64,000 bases of DNA from Patescibacteria group bacterium (GCA_019745315.1 JAIETH010000001.1:13049-77048); one strand, 5' to 3'. Shown: positions 29,912 to 39,017, counted from the first letter of the stretch. The notes: a model not told the origin generated them from the sequence alone. Program-made: numbers and translations.

Positions 29912-31210
29912 ATGGGGGACATGCGACCATTTCAGATTATATTAATAGCAACATTTTTGTTGCTTGGTCTCGTTGGTATTGCTTTTTTCGCACTCTATTC
30001 TGGAGTTTCCAAAGACGAGAATCCGTATGGTGCCCAAGTAGTCATATGGGGAACTCTTGATGATGAGCCACTTATTACTGCTCTTGCGATGCTTCGAGAG
30101 AATGATAAAAATGCAAGTGTCATAAGTTATGTACAAAAAGATGCTCGCACATTTGAAACAGAACTTGTGAATGCGCTTGCGGAAAGTCGTGGGCCTGACC
30201 TCATTATTCTTCCGCACGACCTGCTTATTTCATACCGTGCAAAAATAGCCCCGCTCACATTTGACGCGTATCCTGTTCGCACCTTTAAGGATTCCTATAT
30301 AGATGGGGCGGAGATATTTATGTTGAAAGACGGCATCTACGCACTTCCTATTGCTGTCGATCCACTGTTGATGTATTGGAATAAAGATATTTTTTCTACA
30401 AAAGGATTGGCAACTCCTCCGGCGACATGGGAAGAGATGGTTAATGTGACGGTGCCACGTATTGTTGAGAGAGATTTCTCATACAATGTAACCCGCGCTG
30501 CTCTTGCCTTTGGACAGTATGTAAATGTGCGCAATGCAAAAAATATTCTATCGCTCCTCTTTATGCAGGCAGGCAGCGTTATGGCAGTAGATAGCGAAGA
30601 GAGGCTTTTTGTAGAGCTTGATAGAAGTGCCACTATGCAAGGACTTCCTCCTGCACAAGCTGGCCTTACATTCTTCACGCAATTTTCAAATCCTGTCAGT
30701 CAAACATATACATGGAATCGTGCGCTCCCAGAAGATAGGAATGAATTTTTGGCAGGAGACTTAGCGCTCTATTTCGGACTTGCAAGCGAGGTCAATGAAA
30801 TACGAAATGGTAACCCAAACCTTAACTTCGATGCTGCTGAGGTACCGCAAGGAAAAGGGGTTGCAAAGCGACAAGGATACGGAATATTCTACGGAATGGC
30901 TCGTATTAAAAATTCTGAAAATCCAGTCGGCGCTACAAATGCGCTCTATGCACTCGTATCACAAGCGCAATCAGAAAAGTATGCAGATGATTTTGGTTTT
31001 GGAAATGTGTATCGTGCGTCACATCAGAGTATTCCGAGCGACCCGTTTCTTGCTGTTGTTGAGCGTGCGTCACTTATTGTGCGCGGATGGCTTGACCCAA
31101 GTCCTGCGAAAAGCGACAATGCATTCAAGCAAATGGTTGACGATGTCGTATCAGGACGGTTGGATGTATCAAATGCAGTTAAAGATGCGGAGGGTCGCCT
31201 GATGCAGTAA
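29912..31210 (+). CDS. extracellular solute-binding protein (sugar-binding family 1-like)
   Basis: TM anchor, GPDL, YALP, YWNKDIF, PATWEE. Confidence 0.85.
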   Translation: MGDMRPFQIILIATFLLLGLVGIAFFALYSGVSKDENPYGAQVVIWGTLDDEPLITALAMLRENDKNASVISYVQKDARTFETELVNALAESRGPDLIILPHDLLISYRAKIAPLTFDAYPVRTFKDSYIDGAEIFMLKDGIYALPIAVDPLLMYWNKDIFSTKGLATPPATWEEMVNVTVPRIVERDFSYNVTRAALAFGQYVNVRNAKNILSLLFMQAGSVMAVDSEERLFVELDRSATMQGLPPAQAGLTFFTQFSNPVSQTYTWNRALPEDRNEFLAGDLALYFGLASEVNEIRNGNPNLNFDAAEVPQGKGVAKRQGYGIFYGMARIKNSENPVGATNALYALVSQAQSEKYADDFGFGNVYRASHQSIPSDPFLAVVERASLIVRGWLDPSPAKSDNAFKQMVDDVVSGRLDVSNAVKDAEGRLMQ

Positions 31211-31219
31211 TTTTATTTT

Positions 31220-31666
31220 ATGAATTCTTTTCTTAAATATCTAATACCAACTGTATTCGCTTTCTTCTTCATTGTTACGCCACTTTTGACTGTATACGCA
31301 ACAACTACACCCGGAGGCGGAAGTGTGACTCCTCAGGGTGGAAGCGTTACGCCCCAGGGAGGATCAGTAACACCTGGGGGGGGGAGCGTGACTCGCGGCA
31401 ATACTCAAATTCTCAACCCTCTCGGCAGTAGTGATATAACGCAATTTTTTCTTAAAATAATGCAGATTCTTATACTTTTCGCAGTACCTATTATTGTATT
31501 CTTCATTATTCTTTCAGGATTTAAGTACGTGATGGCTCGTGGAAACGCTGCGCAGATAGAAACGGCGACACGGTCTCTTACCTGGGCAGTTATTGGAGGT
31601 GTGCTTATTTTGGGAGCAGAGATTATTCTTCAGGTTATTCAAGGAACTGTAGCGGCGCTCAGATAA
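31220..31666 (+). CDS. VirB2/TrbC-like pilin with TP(G/Q)GGSV repeats
   Basis: NPL...GFKYVMARGN...A...LTWAVIG. Confidence 0.75.
   Translation: MNSFLKYLIPTVFAFFFIVTPLLTVYATTTPGGGSVTPQGGSVTPQGGSVTPGGGSVTRGNTQILNPLGSSDITQFFLKIMQILILFAVPIIVFFIILSGFKYVMARGNAAQIETATRSLTWAVIGGVLILGAEIILQVIQGTVAALR
31307..31393 (+). repeat. four 21-bp coding repeats (TPxGGSV)
   Basis: TPGGGSV TPQGGSV TPQGGSV TPGGGSV with diverged synonymous codons. Confidence 0.85.
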
Positions 31667-31667
31667 T

Positions 31668-31979
31668 ATGCAGTATACAATTCTTTTCTTCCTACTCCTT
31701 ACAATGCCGATGGTGGTGTATGGAGCGACTCCTCGAAACTTTGCTGAAGTGGTGACCTTTATTTTGGGATACGTACGACTGCTCATAGCCCTTCTGTTCG
31801 GAGTAACATTTGTAGTTTTTATATGGGGACTTACAAAAGCATGGATCCTCAATGGTGATAGTCCTGAGAGTATTGAAAAAGGTCAACAGATGGCACTCTG
31901 GGGAATTATAGGACTTGCTGTTATGGCAAGTATGTGGGGGATAATATCTCTTATCAGAAGTTCTGCAGGGTTGCAGTGA
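31668..31979 (+). CDS. VirB2/TrbC-like pilin
   Basis: FIWG...GQQMALWGIIGLAVMASMWG. Confidence 0.75.
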   Translation: MQYTILFFLLLTMPMVVYGATPRNFAEVVTFILGYVRLLIALLFGVTFVVFIWGLTKAWILNGDSPESIEKGQQMALWGIIGLAVMASMWGIISLIRSSAGLQ

Positions 31980-32074
31980 TGTGGATCTCTATCGGTATTT
32001 TCTATACACAGAGGGATTCTACAAATACTGCTTTCTTGGTAGAATGGGAGTAACGTTATTCATTAAAAGACAGT

Positions 32075-32452
32075 ATGTTAAAGAAATTTCTATTTGTAAG
32101 TGTGTTATTTTTGTTTCCAATGGCCTTTGTTGCAGCGCAATATGGTCCACAAGCTGATTACGGTGCGATAGGGCGTGTTATCACAAACACCCTTACCTTT
32201 ATCAACAGAATTCTTGTTCCGGCAGTATTTGCGATTGCTTTTCTTGTATTCATCTGGGGAGTGTTCAAATACTTCATCATGGGAGGAGCAAGTGAAGGAG
32301 ATCAGGAGGCTGGTAAGCAGTTGATGATCTACGGAATTATTGGTTTCGTACTTATGGTTTCTGTATGGGGATTGGTAAACGTTGTGGCAAGTGGTCTTGG
32401 ATTTAAACAAGACAGTATCCAGGATATTCCGTCTGTACCTATCACACGTTAG
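32075..32452 (+). CDS. VirB2/TrbC-like pilin
   Basis: FIWGVFKYF...GKQLMIYGIIGFVLMVSVWGLVN. Confidence 0.8.
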   Translation: MLKKFLFVSVLFLFPMAFVAAQYGPQADYGAIGRVITNTLTFINRILVPAVFAIAFLVFIWGVFKYFIMGGASEGDQEAGKQLMIYGIIGFVLMVSVWGLVNVVASGLGFKQDSIQDIPSVPITR

Positions 32453-32467
32453 TAGCGATATATACTC

Positions 32468-32920
32468 GTGATGAAATATATATCTTCAACATGCGCGAGT
32501 CTCGCCATTCTGCTTCTGCCAATGTTTTCTCTCGCACAGAGTGGTCCTCAAAAAGGCTTTGGGGGTATTGGAAAAATAGTTGAGGTTACACTTAACTTCA
32601 TCAACTTTTATCTAATCCCAGCAGTATTTGCAATCGCATTTATCGTATTCATATGGGGTATTTTCAAATACTTCATCATGGGAGGAGCAAATGAAGGGGA
32701 TCAAGAAAAAGGGAAGCAGTTGGCAATGTGGGGAATTCTCGGTTTTGTCATCATTGTATCTGTATGGGGATTGGTGAATGTTATTGCTGACGGACTCGGA
32801 TTTAGTGGAAGCAATGCGCCTCCGTTGCCTAAGATACAAGGCATAGGCGGCAGTGCTTCTGCAGGTAGTGGTAACACTGGTGCTACCACTAACTTAACTC
32901 CTGGAGGAATGGGCTACTAA
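32468..32920 (+). CDS. VirB2/TrbC-like pilin (close paralog of 32075-32452)
   Basis: FIWGIFKYF...GKQLAMWGILGFVIIVSVWGLVN. Confidence 0.8.
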   Translation: MMKYISSTCASLAILLLPMFSLAQSGPQKGFGGIGKIVEVTLNFINFYLIPAVFAIAFIVFIWGIFKYFIMGGANEGDQEKGKQLAMWGILGFVIIVSVWGLVNVIADGLGFSGSNAPPLPKIQGIGGSASAGSGNTGATTNLTPGGMGY

Positions 32921-32925
32921 TTACT

Positions 32926-33210
32926 ATGATTGCATTTGCAAATGGAGCAGAACTTACCTACGCTCGAACTCTTCTTCAGAAGATAGAAAGCGCAATTCTT
33001 TTTCCGCTCATCACCTTAATGATGGGGGTTGCGGTACTTGTATTCTTGTACGGGATGTATGAAATGATTCAAGGGGCAGAGAGTGGAGAGGCTCGGGAGA
33101 ATGGACGGAAACACATTCTCTTTGGAGTGATAGGATTTGTCGTTATGCTATCTGCTCTCGCAATTCTACGCATTGCCGCGAATACTGTTGGAGTGACCGT
33201 GCCAAACTAG
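32926..33210 (+). CDS. VirB2/TrbC-like pilin
   Basis: FLYG...GRKHILFGVIGFVVMLS. Confidence 0.75.
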   Translation: MIAFANGAELTYARTLLQKIESAILFPLITLMMGVAVLVFLYGMYEMIQGAESGEARENGRKHILFGVIGFVVMLSALAILRIAANTVGVTVPN

Positions 33211-33291
33211 TTTTTAAAAAACGCAGAAAAAGAAAAAGCCCCGCACGCGAGTGTGGGGCTTGTGCGTCGCAAGGACGCTGGATCATGCTTC

Positions 33292-33810
33292 CTAGAAGCA
33301 TGATCCGTTTTGGTTGGGTCTCCGCCCCCTGCTGGCGAAGACCTGGACATCTTCTCCTGGCTGATTCCGTTTGAATCTCACGGAGTAGTCAGGACGACCA
33401 GAGATCGGAGGAGCCCAGGAGCCATCGGGGCCGAGTGTCTCCACTCGAACTCGTGGATCGAGGCTCCATGTCAGACATGTTCCGGGGATTCCCGAGATTT
33501 CCCTCGACCAGCGGTCGAAGGATGCCATCAGAGGAATTCGTTCCCCTGTTTCTGCCGGCTGCACTGCCTGCGGAGATGTTGCTCCGGGCGTTGCCGTTTG
33601 CGGGGTTGACGGGGGTGAGGTTCTGCTGAGTGCGAATACGAGAACGCCCACCACCATCAGCACCAGTGCCAGCATGATGCCGACCATCAACCACTTGTTA
33701 ACACCTCTCTTCTTGGGAGTGGTCGCCACAGGTGGATGGTGTGCCTCTGGAGCATGTGCTGCTGCAGGGGCGGATGGAGCAGGTATTGGTGCTGCGACCG
33801 GATCAGCCAT
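33292..33810 (-). CDS. GC-rich single-TM orphan protein, SD-led
   Basis: AGGAG-AATCCAAA-ATG; Pro/Ala-rich N-terminus then TM. Confidence 0.7.
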   Translation of the reverse strand: MADPVAAPIPAPSAPAAAHAPEAHHPPVATTPKKRGVNKWLMVGIMLALVLMVVGVLVFALSRTSPPSTPQTATPGATSPQAVQPAETGERIPLMASFDRWSREISGIPGTCLTWSLDPRVRVETLGPDGSWAPPISGRPDYSVRFKRNQPGEDVQVFASRGRRPNQNGSCF

Positions 33811-33821
33811 TTTGGATTCTC

Positions 33822-33986
33822 CTAGCTGTTGATGTACAAGGTGGCGGCGATGATCGACGCCCCCAGTCCGTAGGATATGAGTTTGGCGATCCTGAAGATC
33901 GCCTGCGATTCCTGGACGATCTTGGGGTCCTTGGCTCTCGAAGAGCCGCTGGTCCTTGAGGGTGCAGGGGAGGGTGCGTGTGCCAA
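33822..33986 (-). CDS. 54-aa tail-anchored orphan (absent from ORF track), SD-led
   Basis: AAAAGGA-8 nt-TTG; MAHAPSPAPSRTSGSSRAKDPKIVQESQAIFRIAKLISYGLGASIIAATLYINS; fills the gap between co-oriented genes. Confidence 0.6.
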   Translation of the reverse strand: MAHAPSPAPSRTSGSSRAKDPKIVQESQAIFRIAKLISYGLGASIIAATLYINS

Positions 33987-34007
33987 GGTTCTATTCCTTT
34001 TCTTGGG

Positions 34008-34955
34008 TTAGCGCTTGCCCAGGCTTGCTAGCACAGCGGCCAGTGCCTGATGAGCGTTGCCTTCTACTTCGAATATTGTTTTGCTCACGACGCCATACTG
34101 AAGTAGGGCGGCGTTTGCCGCATCCTTCGGAGCGATGCCGGCGGCAGCAAGCTTGGCTGCTGTGGCATCGATCAGGGCGGAACGCGCGCTATTCGAAAGC
34201 GCCGTTTGATACTGCGCTTCGTAGTCCGCGTCAGCTACCACGGCTTCGATAAAGTCGATACCGTAGAGACTTTCGTAGGTGAGCGGCAATCCTCGGCTGG
34301 CGATGGATCGCGCTTCCTGCGAATTCGCGGCAATCGCATTGAAGGTCTCGAATCTGTTTCTGAGACCGCGATTGAGTTCGTCGAGTGCTCCGCGTGCATC
34401 TTGCGCATCTCGATGAGATATCGCCTCCGAGAGATAGCCGCTGCCAATGGCAACGAGCCCTTCTCGGATGATGCTGTCGTCTGCGGCGATGTACCGAGGC
34501 AATAATTTGGGGTCAGCTCGGTACATGTATACTTGCTTTGTCTTGATCGCGGGACCATTTTTTGCAGCGAAGTCCTCCTCCTCTTCCACTGCAACCGCTC
34601 GGAGATTGATGTAATTTCCGAGCTTTCTTTGTTTATAGGGTGCGCAGAAAGACAGGCCCGTTTCATAAACTTCCATATTTGCGTACGGGTCGTCGTCCGT
34701 AGGTTTCCCCAAAACATTGATGGTTATCAGTCCACAATACTCGGGTACTGAAACCATGAACCAGGGAAGGGTGCTGCCGACACAGACAATCCATGCCGAA
34801 ACAGCAAATGGGACTCCCCAATTCACCGGAGCGAGAAGGGATCCCACGAAGACAAAGAAGCAAAAGGAAACGACCCATGCTACCACAGCGATGAGCATAT
34901 CAATCTCCAGACTTGCCTCTTCTGCGAGGTATGTCAGACCTTGGTTCTGTGCCAT
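34008..34955 (-). CDS. SPFH/band-7-like membrane protein, SD-led
   Basis: Two TMs, VPE..GLI, TGLSF..PY, YGID, Ala-rich tail; GAGGAG SD. Confidence 0.65.
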   Translation of the reverse strand: MAQNQGLTYLAEEASLEIDMLIAVVAWVVSFCFFVFVGSLLAPVNWGVPFAVSAWIVCVGSTLPWFMVSVPEYCGLITINVLGKPTDDDPYANMEVYETGLSFCAPYKQRKLGNYINLRAVAVEEEEDFAAKNGPAIKTKQVYMYRADPKLLPRYIAADDSIIREGLVAIGSGYLSEAISHRDAQDARGALDELNRGLRNRFETFNAIAANSQEARSIASRGLPLTYESLYGIDFIEAVVADADYEAQYQTALSNSARSALIDATAAKLAAAGIAPKDAANAALLQYGVVSKTIFEVEGNAHQALAAVLASLGKR

Positions 34956-35033
34956 TTCGGGCTCCTCTGGGTTTTGTCCTGTCAAAGGACTGTTGGGTTG
35001 AGGTGCTTCCGCGATGCGGCCACCAGTGGATAC

Positions 35034-35061
35034 ATTATATCACTATATATATAAATGTCAA
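35034..35061 (-). promoter_or_regulatory. consensus sigma70 promoter of the SPFH operon
   Basis: TTGACA-16 nt-TATAAT with extended TG. Confidence 0.7.
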
Positions 35062-35176
35062 GTTTTGTGTGGCTAAAATAGGGCTCTAATGAAGGGGGTT
35101 TGGGGGAGGAGAGAGGGTTTGGTCACAGATAAATTTCTTAGGACTTAGTCACATATAATTATAAAAACTTTTGTGG

Positions 35177-35267
35177 TCACGAGTCACTAACTTTTTTGCT
35201 CCAAGTTTTCGCAAAAAACTAAGTGCTCCCGACCCCAGCACGCAGTTGCTGAAGCAACATTGCTGCG
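35177..35267. repeat. family-B structured element, copy 1 (downstream of tRNA-Leu TAG)
   Basis: Colinear with 35453-35544 with compensatory stem changes. Confidence 0.7.
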
Positions 35268-35318
35268 CTTCCCACAAAAGCACAAAACCTGCCGCAGGGC
35301 AGGTCTTTGTGTCTTTTG

Positions 35319-35399
35319 TGGGCGAGAGAGGACTTGAACCTCCATGGGTTGCCCCGCGTGCTCCTAAGGCACGTGCGTATACCATTTCGCCACTCGCCC
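35319..35399 (-). tRNA. tRNA-Leu(TAG)
   Basis: GGGCGAG/CTCGCCC acceptor, loop CTTAGGA, long variable arm, TTCAAGT. Confidence 0.93.
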
Positions 35400-35452
35400 A
35401 ATTACGTCACCGAATAGTGTACCAGAAAATTTTAGAATGTGCTTGCTTGTCA

Positions 35453-35544
35453 TCACGACTCGCTAAGTCTTTTTGTTCATTTTATTCCAAAAAGTCTAAG
35501 CGGTCGCGATCCCACCTCGCTGTCGCCAAGGCGACATGGCTGCG
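35453..35544. repeat. family-B structured element, copy 2 (downstream of tRNA-Lys)
   Basis: Colinear with 35177-35267. Confidence 0.7.
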
Positions 35545-35593
35545 GTCTGGACTAAAAGCAAAAATAGCACGCAGGTGCTATTTTTGCTTTTAG

Positions 35594-35666
35594 TCCACCC
35601 GGAAGGGCTCGAACCTTCGACAATCTCCTTAAGAGGGAGCTACTCTACCAACTGAGTTACGGGTGG
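35594..35666 (-). tRNA. tRNA-Lys(CTT)
   Basis: CCACCCG/CGGGTGG acceptor, loop CTCTTAA, GGTTCGAGCCC. Confidence 0.92.
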
Positions 35667-35871
35667 AAATGAGAACCGAAATGAATGCTAGCATTCATTT
35701 CGTTCGAATGCACCACCCGTATAATTTTTATACGGGTGGATTATGATCTTTGTATACTTTTCGCATGGGTATGCGATCAGATGGCTTTCATCCTACAGTA
35801 AAAGAGGCTAATGCTCAATATCTGTTCTGGTGTTACTATATTTGTATTATTGTTAGGATAACAAAAAGTCT

Positions 35872-36150
35872 ATGGCAGTATCAGAACGAGAGTTGGAAAC
35901 AATTCAAAGAGAGATGGAGAGAGATTCGCGAGAATTAGAAGATCGACGCAGAAAAATGACAGATCTGGAACGGGAGGCTGCGCGTAAAAAAACAGAGCTC
36001 GATCGACTTATGGAGCAAATAAAAGATTTGACTTCTCAGGTACAAAAATCTGAAAAGACCATGACCACGAATGAGTCGAAGCTTGAAGAGATGCGACGCG
36101 AATTAGAGAGAACCCTTGCTGCCGCAAAAAACGGATCAACACGAAGGTAG
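35872..36150 (+). CDS. coiled-coil hypothetical protein
   Basis: E/R/K-rich heptad pattern, 92 aa. Confidence 0.65.
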   Translation: MAVSERELETIQREMERDSRELEDRRRKMTDLEREAARKKTELDRLMEQIKDLTSQVQKSEKTMTTNESKLEEMRRELERTLAAAKNGSTRR

Positions 36151-36196
36151 GGATGACAAAAATAAAACACCTCAAGTAAGGTGTTTTATTTTCGTT

Positions 36197-36336
36197 TGGT
36201 GCCCAGGGCGGGGATCGAAACTTACAGTTTCAGTACACCTTGTGGCTACTTTTTCTTTAAAAAAGATAGCTCGCAAGGTTTTCGATCCCCTCAGACCAAA
36301 AAGAAAAAACACCAACAAAGGTGTCTCTCTTTTCGG
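36197..36336. repeat. family-A element with direct and inverted copies of the tRNA-Leu 3' end
   Basis: 22-nt direct repeat 36198-36219 = 36335-36356; CTTACAG and GTACACCTTG...GCAAGGTT core. Confidence 0.8.
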
Positions 36337-36420
36337 TGCCCAGGGCGGGGATCGAACCCGCACAGCCTTACGGCTACGAAATTTTAAGTCTCGCGTGGCT
36401 ACCAGTTACACCACCCGGGC
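36337..36420 (-). tRNA. tRNA-Leu(TAA)
   Basis: GCCCGGG acceptor, loop CTTAAAA, long variable arm, GGTTCGATCCC. Confidence 0.93.
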
Positions 36421-36467
36421 GACGAGGCTATAATAGCAGATTCTAAGGTACAAATTCCACTCTGGTT

Positions 36468-36962
36468 TTACATGTAGTTCAGTTCAAGTTTGTATCGCTT
36501 TTGATTTCGTCCCCGATGTGTCGATTGCAAGCTGTGACAGTTAGGGCAAAGAATACGCAAGTTTTCGATACGGTTATCCGTGTTAATACCGTTTATGTGA
36601 TCAAGCTCAAGTGGTATGCGTCCGTCTTTTGAGATTTCTTTCCATCCACATATTTCACAGAGTGGTTTCTTAAGTTGAGCTAAAAAAAGTCTTTTTTTAA
36701 GTTTATAACTTTGAAAGTTACTATTTTTTACTAAAATATCAGAAAGTGCTACGCGAACTTTTCCAATACCTCTCATTCCCTTACTCCAGCCTCGTCCGGT
36801 GAAATGGTCGGTACGAATATTATATTCATTAAAATATTTCTTTATCTGCGCATAATTACCACCAGCTTCTCTGAGACCTAATAGCACAAGAGCTTGACGA
36901 ACGCTTGTGGCGTTTTGTGCGGCATTGCGTAAGTCATTAACTGTCCATTTTCTTTTCCCCAT
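36468..36962 (-). CDS. free-standing HNH endonuclease
   Basis: CEICG...LELDHING...DNRIENLRILCPNCHS; between tRNA genes. Confidence 0.9.
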   Translation of the reverse strand: MGKRKWTVNDLRNAAQNATSVRQALVLLGLREAGGNYAQIKKYFNEYNIRTDHFTGRGWSKGMRGIGKVRVALSDILVKNSNFQSYKLKKRLFLAQLKKPLCEICGWKEISKDGRIPLELDHINGINTDNRIENLRILCPNCHSLQSTHRGRNQKRYKLELNYM

Positions 36963-37075
36963 AAATTATAATGGTTGAGATATAATGAGTCTTGTCTTAT
37001 TAGTCTACCATATTAAATAATTCCGGTTACATATTAAAAACGTCATCATTGTTTAGATGATGACGTTTTTAATAG

Positions 37076-37148
37076 AGGCTTGGGCGGGAATCGAACCCGC
37101 GAGTGTCGGTTTTGCAAACCGAAGTGTTAACCATTTCACCACCAAGCC
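37076..37148 (-). tRNA. tRNA-Cys(GCA)
   Basis: GGCTTGG/CCAAGCC acceptor, loop TTGCAAA, GGTTCGATTCC. Confidence 0.93.
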
Positions 37149-37161
37149 TTTTTCTTTTTGT

Positions 37162-37509
37162 TTACTCAGCAGCGGGGGTTGGCTTGATATCAAGAGAATC
37201 AAGATGGAGGCGATTTTTCTCTCCGTAATCAATCTCAAAATCAAAGAAAGGAATAATCTTAAGATTACCTTTCTGTTTTACATACCCACGAAACTCGCTG
37301 CCTTTGCGTTTAAGAAAGTGAAGTGCATGTTCTTCATCTTTCTCTGGATATACTGTAACAAAGATTTTTGCGTGACCCAAGTCTGAAGTAATGCGCGCTC
37401 CTGTCACCGTAATAAGTGGAGGAGTATTTGCCTCGTTACGAATAAAAGCCGCCGCAAGTTCACGGAAGAGGGAGGTAAGTCGTTCGTTGCGATCAAAGCC
37501 GTAGGTCAT
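37162..37509 (-). CDS. rbfA: ribosome-binding factor A
   Basis: ITVT...DL..AKIFV...P.FDFEID; follows infB. Confidence 0.85.
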   Translation of the reverse strand: MTYGFDRNERLTSLFRELAAAFIRNEANTPPLITVTGARITSDLGHAKIFVTVYPEKDEEHALHFLKRKGSEFRGYVKQKGNLKIIPFFDFEIDYGEKNRLHLDSLDIKPTPAAE

Positions 37510-37511
37510 AA

Positions 37512-39017
37512 TTATGAGATGATGGTTTCAAATGCAGCGATGGTGTCTCCGGGAGCGATTTCAGCTTTTGTATCAAGCTGCATACCGTACTCACCATCTG
37601 AGACAGTGTTCACATTTGCTTTCTGTTGCTGGAGATTTTTGATCACACCTTTTCCAATTTCAATATCGCGACGGAGTACTTTAACAGTTTGGTTGAGCGA
37701 GAGGGATCCTTCAAGCACGCGCGCACCAAGTACGTGGGTGGTTTTTTGCACACTGAAGCTTTTGAGGATCTTTGCTTCTCCTGTCTTCTGATCAACTGCA
37801 AGTTTTGGCGTGCGAAGGATGAGTGCTTCGGTAAGCCATTCGGCGAGTTTGTAGATAATATCGAATGTTTGTATCTCTACTCCAAGTCGCTCTGCAAGAT
37901 CTGTCGCTTGTCGTTCGACAGACACATTAAATCCCACTACGATCGCTTTGTCGGTTGCGCCAATATTTTTGATATCGCTTTCAGTGATAGGGCCCACTCC
38001 TCGACTTACTATTTCTACACGAATACGATCTGAAGAAAACTTTGCAATCTCATGCTCAATAGCTTCGATTGTTCCGAGCACATCAGCTTTGATACAGAGT
38101 GGAATGCGCGGTATTGATCTATCGTACGCAGGAGTAGCAACAGGAACTTTGAGGGGAGAGAGTATAAGTACCTCAGCTTCTTTTTTAGAGCCAACTGTTA
38201 TAAAAGTATCTCCCACATTAGGAACCTTTGTCCATCCAACGATGCGTACTGGCTCTGAGAGCCCGGCTTCTTTAATCGTTTTGCCCGCAAAGCTCTCCAT
38301 GATTCGTACAGGAGCAAAACTTGTTCCTGATACAACAAATTGTCCCGTTTTAAGAGTTCCGTTTTTGATGATCAAGGTTGCGCTTGTGCCACGCTTTTGA
38401 TCGAGATCAGCTTCGATGATGACGCCATTTGCAGGAGCGTCCGCATCTCCCGTTAGTTCTGCGAGTTCAGACGCAAGAAGAAGAACTTCGAGAAGTTCAG
38501 GAATTCCTTCGCCAGTTTTAGCTGAAATTGGTACAAAAGGAATATCTCCTCCCATGCCTTCGACATAGATTTCGTTTTCTACGAGACTCGCTTTCGTGCG
38601 CTCAACATTTGCTCCGGGTCTGTCGATTTTGTTGATAGCTACGATATATGGAATATTAGCAGCTTTGATTGAGGCAAGCGCTTCAAGTGTCTGAGGCTTC
38701 ACGCCTTCTTCAGCGGACACAACAAGTATTGCAATATCGGCTACGTCAGCACCACGAAGACGCATCTTCTGGAAGGCTGCGTGTCCTGGTGTATCAAGAA
38801 AGGTTATGTGAGCAATGCTGCCATCGTCTTTTTTGGTGTGTTCAACGACGTAGGCAGAAAGGTGCTGGGTTATTCCGCCAGTTTCTTTATCAACCACATT
38901 CGTCTTTCGAATATAATCAAGGAGCGTCGACTTCCCATGGTCAATATGACCCATCACCACAGCAATAGGGTGGCGCGGTACGAGTCGAGCTGTGTGTGGT
39001 TTAGATGGTGTAGCCAT
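37512..39017 (-). CDS. infB: translation initiation factor IF-2 (short form)
   Basis: [31 protein letters not shown]. Confidence 0.97.
   Translation of the reverse strand: MATPSKPHTARLVPRHPIAVVMGHIDHGKSTLLDYIRKTNVVDKETGGITQHLSAYVVEHTKKDDGSIAHITFLDTPGHAAFQKMRLRGADVADIAILVVSAEEGVKPQTLEALASIKAANIPYIVAINKIDRPGANVERTKASLVENEIYVEGMGGDIPFVPISAKTGEGIPELLEVLLLASELAELTGDADAPANGVIIEADLDQKRGTSATLIIKNGTLKTGQFVVSGTSFAPVRIMESFAGKTIKEAGLSEPVRIVGWTKVPNVGDTFITVGSKKEAEVLILSPLKVPVATPAYDRSIPRIPLCIKADVLGTIEAIEHEIAKFSSDRIRVEIVSRGVGPITESDIKNIGATDKAIVVGFNVSVERQATDLAERLGVEIQTFDIIYKLAEWLTEALILRTPKLAVDQKTGEAKILKSFSVQKTTHVLGARVLEGSLSLNQTVKVLRRDIEIGKGVIKNLQQQKANVNTVSDGEYGMQLDTKAEIAPGDTIAAFETIIS

Noticed and set aside
32075-32920. 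Diversity-generating retroelement TR/VR pair in the duplicated pilins
   Set aside because: Both copies are coding, differences are not adenine-specific, and there is no reverse transcriptase in the window.
35091-35122. G-rich tract as a G-quadruplex
   Set aside because: Only three clear runs of three or more G; nothing else supports a function.
36197-36290. Second, intron-containing tRNA-Leu
   Set aside because: Only the T-loop and 3' acceptor strand are present; there is no D arm or anticodon arm.
35149-37386. ORFs overlapping tRNA genes (35149-35593, 36116-36433, 37053-37386)
   Set aside because: Translations of tRNA and repeat sequence.
37512-39017. Truncated infB pseudogene
   Set aside because: The frame is intact; a short IF2 lacking the N-terminal domain is typical of this lineage.
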